Source: Anaeramoeba ignava BMAN
Taxonomy: Eukaryota; Protista; Anaeramoebae
Assembly: GCA_028826165.1 (NCBI GenBank)
Contig: JAPDFW010000016.1
Span: 1 to 64,000, forward strand
Direction: 5' to 3'
DNA length: 64,000 nt
The position numbers and the translations under genes were made by a program. How positions within the stretch are numbered: the first letter of the stretch is position 1; every line of letters begins with the position of its first letter. The notes under the pieces are model-generated. The model had not been told where the DNA came from and made no database searches. It saw only the letters and a program-made list of their open reading frames with translations. Of this stretch, positions 11,990-23,534 are shown piece by piece.

Positions 11990-14900
11990 TCATTTTAAAT
12001 TGGAATTAAATTCATCTTCTAAAAAAGGAATTTTGGAAAAACAAAATTCTAATTCATCAAGTTCAGTTATTAAATCAATTTTATTCAACCAAATATTACT
12101 TTTTTTCTTTTTTTGTTGAGTTAATTTAATCATTCCACTTCCTTCTAATTTATCAAGAAGTTCAATAAAACTTTGTCTTGATATTGAATCAATTTTTTTC
12201 AATTTGCAAAAAGAAATATAATAATTTCTTAAAATATTAACGTTCAAATTATGTTCTACTTTTTTGGGTTTTTTTGTTTTCTTTCGATTTGAATCAAAAG
12301 GAATTTGTTCTGATTGGAAAATTAAATTTGGATTTTTTGAAAGCAGAACAATTGAAGCAAGAACAATTTTCTGTTGCAAAGGAAGTGAATCAATCAAATT
12401 GGATTTTTTTGGATCAACCAATTGATTTATCATTGCGAACATGACTTGAAAAGTGACACAATTCAATTTTTGTTTTATAGCATAATTGGCACATTCACGA
12501 CAAAGATCAAATGCCTTTCGGATATCACCAGTTGTTTTGGATATTTTTCGTGAACACAATTCAATTGCTTGAGGATGGAAAACTTCTTCATAATTTTCAA
12601 TCGGAGAAATTCTCTGTTTGATCAATAAAGAAAGTTGGTCAATTGAATAAGTTGTAAAATTCAAAGTGAGTGGATTTGCTCCTCTTTCAAACAAAATGGG
12701 CAGGAGTTTATCTGTGAATTCAAGGTTATTTGCAATTCCCAAAAGGATAAAACTTTTCGAGTTTTTTTGTGAAGCGCAATCAAATAATTGATAAAGAAGT
12801 TCTTGATGATCTCTGAATTGGGAAAGAGTATCAATTTCATCAAGAATCAAAATGGTGATTTTTCTGGGAGTTAAAGTTGTCAATTTTTGGAATTTCATCT
12901 GCAAATATCGCATTTCATCTTCAAAATCCATATTTTCATCATCAGTTGAATAGAAAATTTCTGTTTCTTCTTGTTGTAAAATGGTGTTATTTTGTAACCG
13001 AAGATCTTTGAATATTTTCTGATAAAATGATCTTGGATCCGAAATTTGCATACAATTCATTTCAACTATTTGGAGTTTCTTATCGTATTTTTTAGGGTTT
13101 TTATTTGTTTTTTGGATGAATTTTTGGATTGATTTTTGGACAGTGTATGATTTTCCAGTTCCAGGAAGTCCTGATATAAACAGACTAAGATTTTTGATTT
13201 TCTTTTTCTTGGATTTTTGGGATAAACGAATGTAACTTTTTTTGAGGAAATTTGTTATTGTTTTTTCTTCTTCTTCTCTACATAAAAGGTTTGGAACTTG
13301 AGTTGAGTTATTGAAAGATTTTTTGATTTGGATTAATTTTTGGGAGATTTTTTTGTTTGGAATTTTTTCTGTCTTTTTTTTTTTTTATTAATAAAATTAA
13401 TTTAAATATTAATATAAATATTAATATAAATATTTTGAATATTGATTTGAATTTAAATATTAATTTAAATATTAATTTAAATATTTAATTTAAATATTAA
13501 TTTAAATATTAATTTAAATATTTAATTTAAATATTAATTTAAATATTAATTTAAATATTTAATTTAAATATTAATTTAAATATTAATTTAAATATTTAAT
13601 TTAAATATTAATTTAAATATTAATTTAAATATTAATTTAAATATTTTGAATATTGATTTGAATTTAAATATTAATTTAAATATTTATTTATATATTGATT
13701 TAAATATTTGATTTATATATTAATTTAAATATTAATTTAAATGTTTGATTTTAAATATTAATTTAAATATTAATTTAAATATTAATTTAAATATTGATTT
13801 AAATATTTATTTAAATATTAATATAAATATTAATTTAAATATTAATTTAAATATTTGATTTAAATATTGATTTAAATATTGATTTTAAATATTAATTTAA
13901 ATATTGATTTTAAATATTAATTTAAATATTGATTTAAATATTTGATTTTAAATATTAATTTAAATATTAATTTGGATATTAATTTAAATATTTGATTTAA
14001 ATATTAATTTAAATATTAATTTAAATATTGATTTAAATATTAATTTAAATATTGATTTAAATATTAATTTAAATATTAATTTTAAATATTAATTTAAATA
14101 TTAATTTAAATATTAATTTAAATAATAATTTAAATAATAATTTAAATATTAATTTAAATATTAATTTAAATATTGATTTAAATATTAATTTAAATATTAA
14201 TTTGAATATTAATTTAAATATTTGATTTAAATATTGATTTAAATATTGATTTAAATATTAATTTAAATATTGATTTAAATATTGATTTAAATATTAATTT
14301 AAATATTAATTTTAAATATTAATTTAAAATATTAATTTAAATATTGATTTAAAATATTGATTTTTAAATATTGATTTAAATATTAATTTAAATATTGATT
14401 TAAATATTGATTTAAATATTAATTTAAATATTAATTTAAATATTAATTTAAATATTGATTTAAATATTAATTTAAATATTAATTTAAATATTGATTTAAA
14501 TATTAATTTAAATATTAATTTTGAATATTAATTTAAATATTTGATTTAAATATTGATTTTAAATATTGATTTAAATATTAATTTAAATATTTGATTTAAA
14601 TATTAATTTAAATATTGATTTTAAATATTGATTTAAATATTAATATAAATATTAATTTAAATATTAATTTAAATATTAATTTAAATATTGATTTAAATAT
14701 TATATATTGATTTTAAATATTAATTTAAATATTAATTTAAATATTGATTTAAATATTGATTTATATATTGATTTAAATATTAATATAAATATTAAGTATT
14801 AATTTAAATATTAATTTATATATTAATTTATATATTGATTTAAATATTGATTTAAATATTTAATTTAAATATTGATTTAAATATTAATTTAAATATTAAT

Positions 14901-15102
14901 TTAAATATTAGTTTAAATATTTAATTTAAATATTTAATTTAAATATTGATTTAAATATTAATTTAAATATTAATTTAAATATTAGATTTAAATATTTATT
15001 TAAATATTGATTTAAATATTGATTTAAATATTTGTTTAAATATTAAATTAAATATTAATTTAAATATTGATTTAAATATTGACTTAAATATTAAATTACC
15101 AT
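11990..15102 (-). CDS. CDC6: Cell division control protein 6 (Cdc6/Orc1-family AAA+ ATPase with winged helix); exons 15102-15100 (ATG) and 13372-11990
   Basis: The frame stays open upstream of the listed ORF: LLCREEEEKTITNFL..SLFISGLPGTGKS (Walker A), ILILDEIDTL (Walker B), LLGIANNLEFTDKLLP, TGDIRKAFDLCR. No in-frame ATG lies before Walker A. ATG|GTAATT at 15102-15094 joins in phase 0 to the AAG acceptor at 13373. Confidence 0.88.
13373..15099 (-). repeat. 1.7 kb CDC6 intron made of ~12-bp TTTAAATATT(A/G)A repeats
   Basis: Tandem degenerate 12/13-mers bounded by GT and AG on the minus strand. Confidence 0.85.
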
Positions 15103-15221
15103 TTTGAAATAATAATTAAAAAGAAAAAAAAAGGGAAAGAGAAAAATGAATTGAATTTTTTAACGATTTTTTTTATTTTCATTTTTTTTAATTTCATTTT
15201 TTTTTTAATTCCATTTGAAAA

Positions 15222-16742
15222 ATGTCAAAAGAATTTTCAAATATTCAAAAATTATCACAAGATTTACAAAAATTATACTTTTCAAAAGAAGAAGAAATAT
15301 ACAGTGATTTTGAAATATATTGCAAAACAAACGAAAAAACACATAAATTCAAATGCCACAAAGCAATTCTTTCATCACGAAGCCAATATTTCAAATCCTT
15401 AATGCGTTCGCGAATGAAAGAATATCAAGAAAGCAAAATCACATTTGAAGACATTTCAAAAGAAAATTTAAACACAATTATCCAATATTTTTACACTGGA
15501 AAATGTTTAATCACTTCAGAAAACGCAATTGAAATTTTGTTGTTCTCTTTAAAATATTTGATTGAGGAATTAATTGACTTTACAGTCAATTTTGTCAAGA
15601 AAAATTGCCAAGTTGAAAATGTTGTTGATATTCTTAAAATCGCTCAATCTTTAAATGTCACACAATTACTTGATTTTTGCTACCAATTTATTTGTTCTAA
15701 TTTTTCTCAAATTGTCGCTACTCCAATGTTATTTAAACTCAATAAGGATAATTTATTGCGAATACTATCAAGGGATTATGTCAATATTTCCGAATTCGAA
15801 ATTTTTCAGGCTCTCATTTCATGGGGAAATCATGCTTATCCTTATAAAAATCAAAACGAAAATTTTGTTGCAGATAAAAATCTTGAAATTCGCAATAAAT
15901 TATCCCATTTATTTTGCAAATTACGTTTTATTGATTTCACAGATGAAGAATTGGATAAAGCTTTCAAAACAGATTTAATTGATAAAGAAATTGAAAAGGA
16001 TTTTCTTCAATTCAAATCGCTTTATTCACTGAAAAAGGAAAGCCCAAATAAACTGGAAAATTTTCAAGAAGAATTGGAAAAAAAAGGGTTTTTGATCCAT
16101 AAATCACGATTTTTCTTTAAATCATCAATTTTATCGCAATCAAACCAATTCCACACTCTAAAGCAGTGGATGGAAGACGATATTTTCTTCAAATCAATGA
16201 AATTGGGGTTTCTGGCTTCAAAAGATGGATTTTCAAGTGAAACTTTCCATTCAAAATGTGATGGAAAAGGAAAAACATTAGTTTTGATTGAAACAACAAA
16301 CGGATATATTTTGGGTGGATATTCAAGCACAGGATGGAATATTCAGAAATCAAATCCAAGAAAAGATCCAAAATCTTTTTTGTTCTCATTTAAAAATTCA
16401 TTTGATACTCAACCTCTAAAATTTGACGTTATTGATCCTGATTCAGCAATTTATTCCTTTATTGATGATGGCCCGAATTGGGGCGCTCCTGATTTGAAAT
16501 TGAGACACAATATGCAAAAATTGTGGATCAATCTTGGTATTCGTTTTTCTTGTCCTTCTTTTGTTGACCAATCAAAAACTTTGGAATTTTTAGTTGGTAA
16601 TGATAATGAAAAAGTTAAAGAAATTGAGATTTTTTTTAATGATTCAGATCCTGTTTTAAATGAAAATGAAAATGAAAATGAAAATGAAAATGAAAATGAA
16701 AATGAACATGAACATGAAAATGAAAAAGATGATTTTTGGTAA
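15222..16742 (+). CDS. BTB/POZ-BACK-TLDc domain protein
   Basis: YSDFEIYC..FKCHKAILSSRSQYFKSLM (BTB); ISEFEIFQALISW (BACK); ASKDGFSSETFHSKCDGKGKTLVLIET..ILGGYS..W..DPKSFLFS (TLDc). Confidence 0.9.
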   Translation: MSKEFSNIQKLSQDLQKLYFSKEEEIYSDFEIYCKTNEKTHKFKCHKAILSSRSQYFKSLMRSRMKEYQESKITFEDISKENLNTIIQYFYTGKCLITSENAIEILLFSLKYLIEELIDFTVNFVKKNCQVENVVDILKIAQSLNVTQLLDFCYQFICSNFSQIVATPMLFKLNKDNLLRILSRDYVNISEFEIFQALISWGNHAYPYKNQNENFVADKNLEIRNKLSHLFCKLRFIDFTDEELDKAFKTDLIDKEIEKDFLQFKSLYSLKKESPNKLENFQEELEKKGFLIHKSRFFFKSSILSQSNQFHTLKQWMEDDIFFKSMKLGFLASKDGFSSETFHSKCDGKGKTLVLIETTNGYILGGYSSTGWNIQKSNPRKDPKSFLFSFKNSFDTQPLKFDVIDPDSAIYSFIDDGPNWGAPDLKLRHNMQKLWINLGIRFSCPSFVDQSKTLEFLVGNDNEKVKEIEIFFNDSDPVLNENENENENENENENEHEHENEKDDFW

Positions 16743-16888
16743 AATTTTTCTTTTTTTTTTGATTTAATTTATTCAAAATAAAATTCTAAATCAAATAAAT
16801 TTTTTTAATTTTAATTTTTATTATTCCAAATCAAATGAAAAAAAAAAAAAGGAAAAAATTTGTTTGTTGTTTCTTTTGTTTTTTTTGT

Positions 16889-17500
16889 TTAATCATCTTT
16901 TTTATTTTTATCAGATTTTGTAGATATTCCTTTTGTAAAAACAGATCTTGCAAATGATGTTGTTGTTTTCATTTTTTGGAAACTTTTTCTTTCGATTGAA
17001 TGAACTTTTCTTAATTTGTTTTTTTCAATTCTATGAGGAACAAGATTAATAGGAGAATCATTTTGAGGTTTAGTAACATTATCAGTTAAATTATCAATAA
17101 AATTTTCATTTGAATTTTCATTTAATTTTTCATTTGAATTTTCATTTGATTTTTCATTTGAATTTTCATTTGAATTTTCATTTGATTTTTCTTTTGAATT
17201 TTCTTTTGATTTTTCTTTTGAATTTTCATTTGATTTTTCCAATTCTTCTCTTACAACAATTTTTTTATATTCAACAACAAACCAAATTAATGAAGATAAA
17301 AATCCAATCGATAAAAAAAACATAATTAAATAATGTTTATTAAAATCAATTATAACTAAATATCCAAGAACAAGTATTAAAAGTCCAACAACCCCAAAAA
17401 GAAAAGTTGTTGTATTACGTGTTACACCTGGCTTAAAAAGCCAATCATATAATGATTGTTTTTGTTTTGGTTTTTTCTGTTTTATTTTTTTTTCATTCAT
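16889..17500 (-). CDS. PKR1: PKR1-like ER membrane protein (V-ATPase assembly factor) with low-complexity tail
   Basis: LYDWLFKPG..two TM helices separated by NKHY..LIWFVVE resembles the Pkr1 pattern (LWESVFEPG..NIHF..VIWFINE), recognised from memory. Confidence 0.6.
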   Translation of the reverse strand: MNEKKIKQKKPKQKQSLYDWLFKPGVTRNTTTFLFGVVGLLILVLGYLVIIDFNKHYLIMFFLSIGFLSSLIWFVVEYKKIVVREELEKSNENSKEKSKENSKEKSNENSNENSNEKSNENSNEKLNENSNENFIDNLTDNVTKPQNDSPINLVPHRIEKNKLRKVHSIERKSFQKMKTTTSFARSVFTKGISTKSDKNKKDD

Positions 17501-17577
17501 TTTTGATGTTTTGAAAAAAAATGAAAATAAAAATTAATTTTTCAATTTTTTTCATTTTTCAAAATAAATAAAAATAA

Positions 17578-20500
17578 ATGAACATTTGGAAAATTATTGA
17601 ACAAAACAATTTTCAATTATTAAAACAAATCAAAACAATTCAAGAAAAGGATTTACAAAAAAATAAAAAATTCCTTTTAAATTTTGCAATAGAAAAAAAA
17701 GTGTCAAAAGAAATTATTGAATTTTTAATTGAAAAAGGTTTAAAACCAAATTTAGTTGATGGTTCACTTAGAAACTCATTACATATCGCACTTTTAAATA
17801 ATTCTAAATTGGAAATTATTGAGTATTTGATTTCAAAAGGAATTGATATTAATTTTAAAGCAAAAAACGATCAAACAGCTTTACATTTTGCTTGTGAAAA
17901 TAATTCACTTGAGGTTATTAAATTATTAATTGAAAAAGGAATTGATATTTATGCAAAAACAAATCAAAATGAAACAGCTTTACATTTTGCTTGCAAAAAT
18001 AATTCACTTGAAATTATTAAATTATTAATTGAAAAAGGAATTGATATTTATGCAAAAACCAAAAAAAATCAAACAGCTTTACATTTTGCTTGTGAAAATA
18101 ATTCACTTGAAGTTATTAAATTATTAATTGAAAAAGGAATTGATATTTATTCAAAAACCAATGAAAATCAAACAGCTTTACATTTTGCTTGCAAAAATAA
18201 TTCAATTGAGGTTATTGAGTATTTGATTTCAAAAGGAATTGATATTTATGCAAAAACAAATCAAAATCAAACAGCTTTACATTTTGCTTGTGAAAATAAT
18301 TCACTTGAGGTTGTTAAATTATTAATTGAAAAAGGAATTGATATCAATTCAAAAACAAATGAAAATGAAACAGCTTTACATTTTGCTTGCAAAAATCAAA
18401 ATAATTCATTTGAAATTGTTAAATATTTGATTTCAAAGGGGATTTTTATTAACGAAAAGATGAAAAATAAAGTAATTCTCCATTATATTTGCAAAAAAAA
18501 TCAAAATTTAACAGTTGATGAAATTGAGTATTTCATTTCAAAAGGAATTGATATCAATTCAAAAACAAATGAAAATGAAACAATTTTGCATTTCGCTTGT
18601 AAAAATCAAAACATCTCTTATGAAATTATTAAATATTTGATTGAAAAAGGTGTTGATTTAAATGCGAAAACAGAAAATAATGAAACAGCTTTGCATTTTG
18701 CTTGCAAAAATCAAAATATTTCTTATGAAATTATTAAATTATTGATTGAAAAAGGAATTGATATCAATTCAAAAACAAATCAAAATGAAACAGCTTTGCA
18801 TTTTGCTTGTAAACAAGACAATCCATCATTGGAAATTATTCAATATTTGATTGAAAAAGGTGTTGATTTAAATGCGAAAACAGAAAATAATGAAACAGCT
18901 TTACATTTTGCTTGCAAAAATAAAAACATTTCTTATGAAATTATTAAATATTTGATTGAAAAAGGAATTGATATCAATACAAAAACATTCCAAAATGAAA
19001 CAATTTTGCATTTTGCTTGTAAAAATCAAAATATCTCTTATAAAATTATTCAATATTTGATTGAAAAAGGTGATTTAAATGCAAAAACAGAAAATAATGA
19101 AACAGCTTTACATTTTGCTTGCAAAAATAAAAATATTTCTTATGAAATTATTAAATATTTAATTGAAAAAGGAATTGATATCAATACAAAAACATTCCAA
19201 AATGAAACAGTTTTGCATTTTGCTTGTAAACAAGACAATCCATCATTGGAAATTATTCAATATTTAGTTGAAAAAGGAGCTGATTTACATATAAAAACAA
19301 AATATCACAATGAAACACTTTTGCATTTAGTTTGCCAACAAACTAATTCATCACTTGAAGTTATTAAATATTTGGTATCAAAAGGGATTTACATTAACGC
19401 AAAAATAAACTTCCAAAATGAAACAGCTTTGCATTTTGCTTGTAAACAAAAAAATCCATCTTTTGAAGTGATCCAAGTTCTAGTTGAAAAAGGGATTGAT
19501 ATTAATGCAAAAACAATTTATAACGAAACACCTTTTCATTTTATTTGTGGAAATAAGAATTCATCAATTGATATTATTTATTATCTTTTTGAAAAGGGAG
19601 CTGATATTCATGCAATCACAAAACGAAAACAAACAGCTTTGCATCTTGCTTGTGAAAATCAATCATTTGAAGTTATTCAATTTTTGATTGAAAAAGGAAT
19701 TGATGTTAATGCAAAAATTGTTTATCAAAACAAGACAGCTTTACATTTAATCTGTAAGCAAGATCACCCACCATTGAAAATTATCCAGTTTATGGTTGAA
19801 AAAGGAATTGATGTTAATACAAAAACACCTTATCAAAATGAAACAGCTTTGCATTTTGTTTGTGGACAAGAAAATCCATCATTGGAAGTTATTCAATATT
19901 TTTTGGAAAAAGGAGTTGATATAAATGCAAAAACACAAAAGAATTACACTTTTTTACATTTGATTTGCAACAAAGATAATCCATCATTTGAAACTATTCA
20001 ATATTTAATTGAAAAAGGGATTGAAATTAATGCACAAACAAATAGCAACGAAACAATTTTGCATTTGATTTGTAAACAAGATAATCCATCATTTCAAATT
20101 ATTCAATATTTAGTTGAAAAAGGAATTGATATTAATACAAAAACAGATCAAAATGAAACAGTTTTGCATTTGATTTGTAAACAAGATAATCCATCATTTG
20201 AAATTATTAAATATTTAATTGAAAAAGGAATTGATGTTAATACAAAAACAAATCAAAGTGAAACAGCTTTGCATTTTATTTGTAAAAAAGATAATCCATC
20301 ATTTAAAATTATTAAATATTTAATTGAAAAGGGAGTTGATATTAATTCAAAAGCATTCCAAAGTGAAACATTTTTACAATTGATTTGCAGAAAAGATAAT
20401 CCATCATTTAAAATTATCCAATATTTAGTTGAAAAAGGAATTGATGTTAATGCAAAAACAAATTATAGAAAGGAAACAGCTTTGCATTTAATCTGTCAAA

Positions 20501-22668
20501 AAGATAATTCATCCTTTGAAATTATTAAATATCTTATTGAAAAAGGAATTGATTTGCAAGCAAAAACAAAAAGAAAAGAAACAGCTTTGCATTTTATTTG
20601 CAAAGAAGATAATTCATCGTTTAATGGTATTGAATATTTGATTTCAAAAGGGATAGATATCAATTCAAAAACAAATGAAAATTATACACCTTTGCATTAT
20701 GCTTGTATCCATCAATCCTTTGAAACTATTAAGTATTTAATCGGAAAAGGAGCAGATGTTAATGCAAAAACAAATCGAAATGAAACAGCTTTGCATTTTA
20801 TTTGTGGAAAAAGACACGTATCATTTGAAATTACCAAATTTCTAGTTGAAAAAGGAGTTGATCTCAATGTGAAATCATCATACGAAAACGAAACAGCATT
20901 ACATTTAGTTTGTCAATCTATTGATCCTCCTTTTGAAATTATTAGATATTTGATTGAAAAAGGAAGTGATATTCACCCAATAACAGAAGAGAATGAAAAT
21001 ATTCTACATCTTATTTGTCAACAAAGCACGATATCAGTCCAAATTATTGAATATATCATTTCAAAGGGAATTGATATTCATGCAAAAACAAGTCAAAATG
21101 AAACAGCTTTACATTTTGTTTTTTGGAAAAGAAATGCACAAATTGATATTGTCAAATACTTAATTTCAAAGGGAATTGATATTAATTCAAAATCAAAGGA
21201 CCAAGAAACGTTTTTACACATTATCTGCAAACAAGATGATCCTTCTTTTGAAATGATCAAATATCTTGTTGAAAACGGAATTGATATCAATGCAAAGACA
21301 AATAAAAATGAAACAGCTTTACATTTTATTTCTGCAAAGAGAAATTCAAATTCTTTTGAAATTATCAAATATTTGGTTGAAAAAGGAATTGATGTTCATG
21401 CAAGAACTAAAGAAAACGAAACAGTTCTGCATTTTGTTTGCAAACAAGATAATCCACCAATTAGAGTTATCAAATATCTTGTTGAAAACGGAATTGATAT
21501 CAATGCAAGGACAAATAAAAATGAAACAGTATTACATTTTGCTTGCCAACAAAATTTATCATTTGAGATTATCGAATATCTAGTTGAAAAGGGGGTTGAT
21601 ATCAATTCAAAAACAAATCGAAATCAAACCGCTTTACATTTTGCTTGTATACACGAATCGTTTAAAGCGATTGATTTCCTCATTTCAAAAGGAATTGATA
21701 TGAATATAAAAACAAATGAAAATCAATCAGCTTTGAATCTTTCTTGCTACTATCAGAATCAAAGCTCAATAAAAGCATTATTGTTTCATAATGCGACTAT
21801 TTTTGATCTAAATAAGCGAGATTTCTCTTCAAAAATTGTTGAATGTTTTTCTCAAGTTTATTCCATTAACGAAGATCTCAGCAATTTATTAAAATTGAAT
21901 GAAAATTTTTTTGATTACCAAATTGAGTCAAATGATCACTTCAGATTTAATGTTCACAAACTGATTTTACTATCACGATTTGACAGTAGTGATTCATATT
22001 TCAACAAATTTGTTCAAATTTGTTCACAAAAACCAAAAGATCAAGTTGAAATTGCTTTGAATTTTCTTTATACCGGATTTACTAATTTTGAGAAACTTTC
22101 TAGAAAATTGAAAGAACAAGAAAAATTGCTTGAAAACTATATATCTTTTTTATATAATACAACGAAAAAAAACTTAGATTGGGATGAAGAAGACAAAGAA
22201 AAAGAGGAAAACATAATTGAAGAAATTTTCACAGAAGTTTTCAGAGGAATTTCCACAGAAACTTCCACAAATTTTGGATTTGTGTCTAAATGGATTGAGA
22301 ATAAAAGAGGAAGGAGAGGGATATTAAAAGATTTTGAACAATTATATCATCAAGAATCGACAAAGGATTTTACGATAATTATTGAAGAAAACGGGAAAGA
22401 AAGAGAAATCCAAGTTCATAAATTGGTATTAATAACAAGAAGTGAGTTATTTAAAGGAATGTTTTTAAATGTTCGAGATTCTTCAAATAAGGTTCATGAT
22501 TATTCAGGGAAATCATTTGAAACTTTAGATTATTTTATTTATTTTCTTTATCATGATTCATTTGAAGAAGAAACAAAACGAGTTTATCCAAAAATTATTG
22601 AAGAATTTGAATATTTAAAGGATTTTTATCAATTAAATGAAAATTCGACGATTGATTTTGGTTTTTAA
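17578..22668 (+). CDS. Large ankyrin-repeat protein (roughly 40 repeats) with C-terminal tandem BTB-like domains
   Basis: Repeated ETALHFAC..SFEIIKYLIEKGIDINAKT units; C-terminal FDYQI..FNVHKLILLSR and KDFTIII..IQVHKLVLITRSELFKGMF. Confidence 0.92.
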   Translation: MNIWKIIEQNNFQLLKQIKTIQEKDLQKNKKFLLNFAIEKKVSKEIIEFLIEKGLKPNLVDGSLRNSLHIALLNNSKLEIIEYLISKGIDINFKAKNDQTALHFACENNSLEVIKLLIEKGIDIYAKTNQNETALHFACKNNSLEIIKLLIEKGIDIYAKTKKNQTALHFACENNSLEVIKLLIEKGIDIYSKTNENQTALHFACKNNSIEVIEYLISKGIDIYAKTNQNQTALHFACENNSLEVVKLLIEKGIDINSKTNENETALHFACKNQNNSFEIVKYLISKGIFINEKMKNKVILHYICKKNQNLTVDEIEYFISKGIDINSKTNENETILHFACKNQNISYEIIKYLIEKGVDLNAKTENNETALHFACKNQNISYEIIKLLIEKGIDINSKTNQNETALHFACKQDNPSLEIIQYLIEKGVDLNAKTENNETALHFACKNKNISYEIIKYLIEKGIDINTKTFQNETILHFACKNQNISYKIIQYLIEKGDLNAKTENNETALHFACKNKNISYEIIKYLIEKGIDINTKTFQNETVLHFACKQDNPSLEIIQYLVEKGADLHIKTKYHNETLLHLVCQQTNSSLEVIKYLVSKGIYINAKINFQNETALHFACKQKNPSFEVIQVLVEKGIDINAKTIYNETPFHFICGNKNSSIDIIYYLFEKGADIHAITKRKQTALHLACENQSFEVIQFLIEKGIDVNAKIVYQNKTALHLICKQDHPPLKIIQFMVEKGIDVNTKTPYQNETALHFVCGQENPSLEVIQYFLEKGVDINAKTQKNYTFLHLICNKDNPSFETIQYLIEKGIEINAQTNSNETILHLICKQDNPSFQIIQYLVEKGIDINTKTDQNETVLHLICKQDNPSFEIIKYLIEKGIDVNTKTNQSETALHFICKKDNPSFKIIKYLIEKGVDINSKAFQSETFLQLICRKDNPSFKIIQYLVEKGIDVNAKTNYRKETALHLICQKDNSSFEIIKYLIEKGIDLQAKTKRKETALHFICKEDNSSFNGIEYLISKGIDINSKTNENYTPLHYACIHQSFETIKYLIGKGADVNAKTNRNETALHFICGKRHVSFEITKFLVEKGVDLNVKSSYENETALHLVCQSIDPPFEIIRYLIEKGSDIHPITEENENILHLICQQSTISVQIIEYIISKGIDIHAKTSQNETALHFVFWKRNAQIDIVKYLISKGIDINSKSKDQETFLHIICKQDDPSFEMIKYLVENGIDINAKTNKNETALHFISAKRNSNSFEIIKYLVEKGIDVHARTKENETVLHFVCKQDNPPIRVIKYLVENGIDINARTNKNETVLHFACQQNLSFEIIEYLVEKGVDINSKTNRNQTALHFACIHESFKAIDFLISKGIDMNIKTNENQSALNLSCYYQNQSSIKALLFHNATIFDLNKRDFSSKIVECFSQVYSINEDLSNLLKLNENFFDYQIESNDHFRFNVHKLILLSRFDSSDSYFNKFVQICSQKPKDQVEIALNFLYTGFTNFEKLSRKLKEQEKLLENYISFLYNTTKKNLDWDEEDKEKEENIIEEIFTEVFRGISTETSTNFGFVSKWIENKRGRRGILKDFEQLYHQESTKDFTIIIEENGKEREIQVHKLVLITRSELFKGMFLNVRDSSNKVHDYSGKSFETLDYFIYFLYHDSFEEETKRVYPKIIEEFEYLKDFYQLNENSTIDFGF

Positions 22669-23240
22669 TAACAATTTTGAAAACAATTTTGAAAACAATT
22701 TTGATAACAATTTTGAAAACAATTTTGATAACAAATTTATTGAATTTATTAAAGAATTTATTGAAGAATTTATTGAAGAATTTTTTAAAGAATTTATTAA
22801 AGAATTTATTAAAGAATTTATTAAAGAATTTTGGATACTTAATTTAAAATTAATTCAAAACTATTCAAAATTAATTCAAAACAATTTTAATAACAAATTT
22901 ATTAAAGAATTTATTAAAAAATTTTGGATACTTCATTTAAAATTAATTCAAAACAATTCAAAATTAATTCAAAACAATTTTAATAACAAATTTATTAAAG
23001 AATTTATTAAAGAATTTATTTATTAAAGAATTTTGGATACTTCATTTAAAATTAATTCAAAACAATTTTAATAACAAATTTATTAAAGAATTTATTAAAG
23101 AATTTTGGATACTTAATTTAAAACTAATTCAAAACTAATTCAAAAGAATTTTCTTCATTGTTAATTTAAAAATTTAATAAAAAAACAATTTTAATAACAA
23201 ATTTATTGAAGAATTTATTAAAAGAATTTATTAAAGAATT
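22669..23240. repeat. Composite 12-bp (AACAATTTTGAA / AAAGAATTTATT) and ~80-90 bp higher-order repeats downstream of the Ank-BTB gene
   Basis: Visible tandem units; the block 'ttttggatactt..aattcaaaacaattttaataacaaatttattaaag' recurs several times. Confidence 0.75.
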
Positions 23241-23534
23241 TTAGTTTATTTAAATTTTTTCTTTTTAATAAATTTTCAAATTAATTCCAAAAATGAAAAT
23301 CTCCATTGAAGGAAATGAATCAGAATTAGCATGGAAATGTAAATAATTTTTTTTCTTCATTGTTAATTTGAAAATTTATTAAAACAAACTATTTTGAATC
23401 TTATTTTCAATTCACTATTCAAATTAAAATTTTATTTTATTTTAAACAAAAATTGAACAAGTAAAAAAATTTTTTGGAATAAAGTTGATTCCAAAAATGA
23501 AAAATAAAAATAAAAATAAATTATAAATTAAAAA

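Noticed and set aside
23285-23345. Short higher-GC patch resembling a micro-exon
   Set aside because: No partner exon or recognisable peptide could be assigned.
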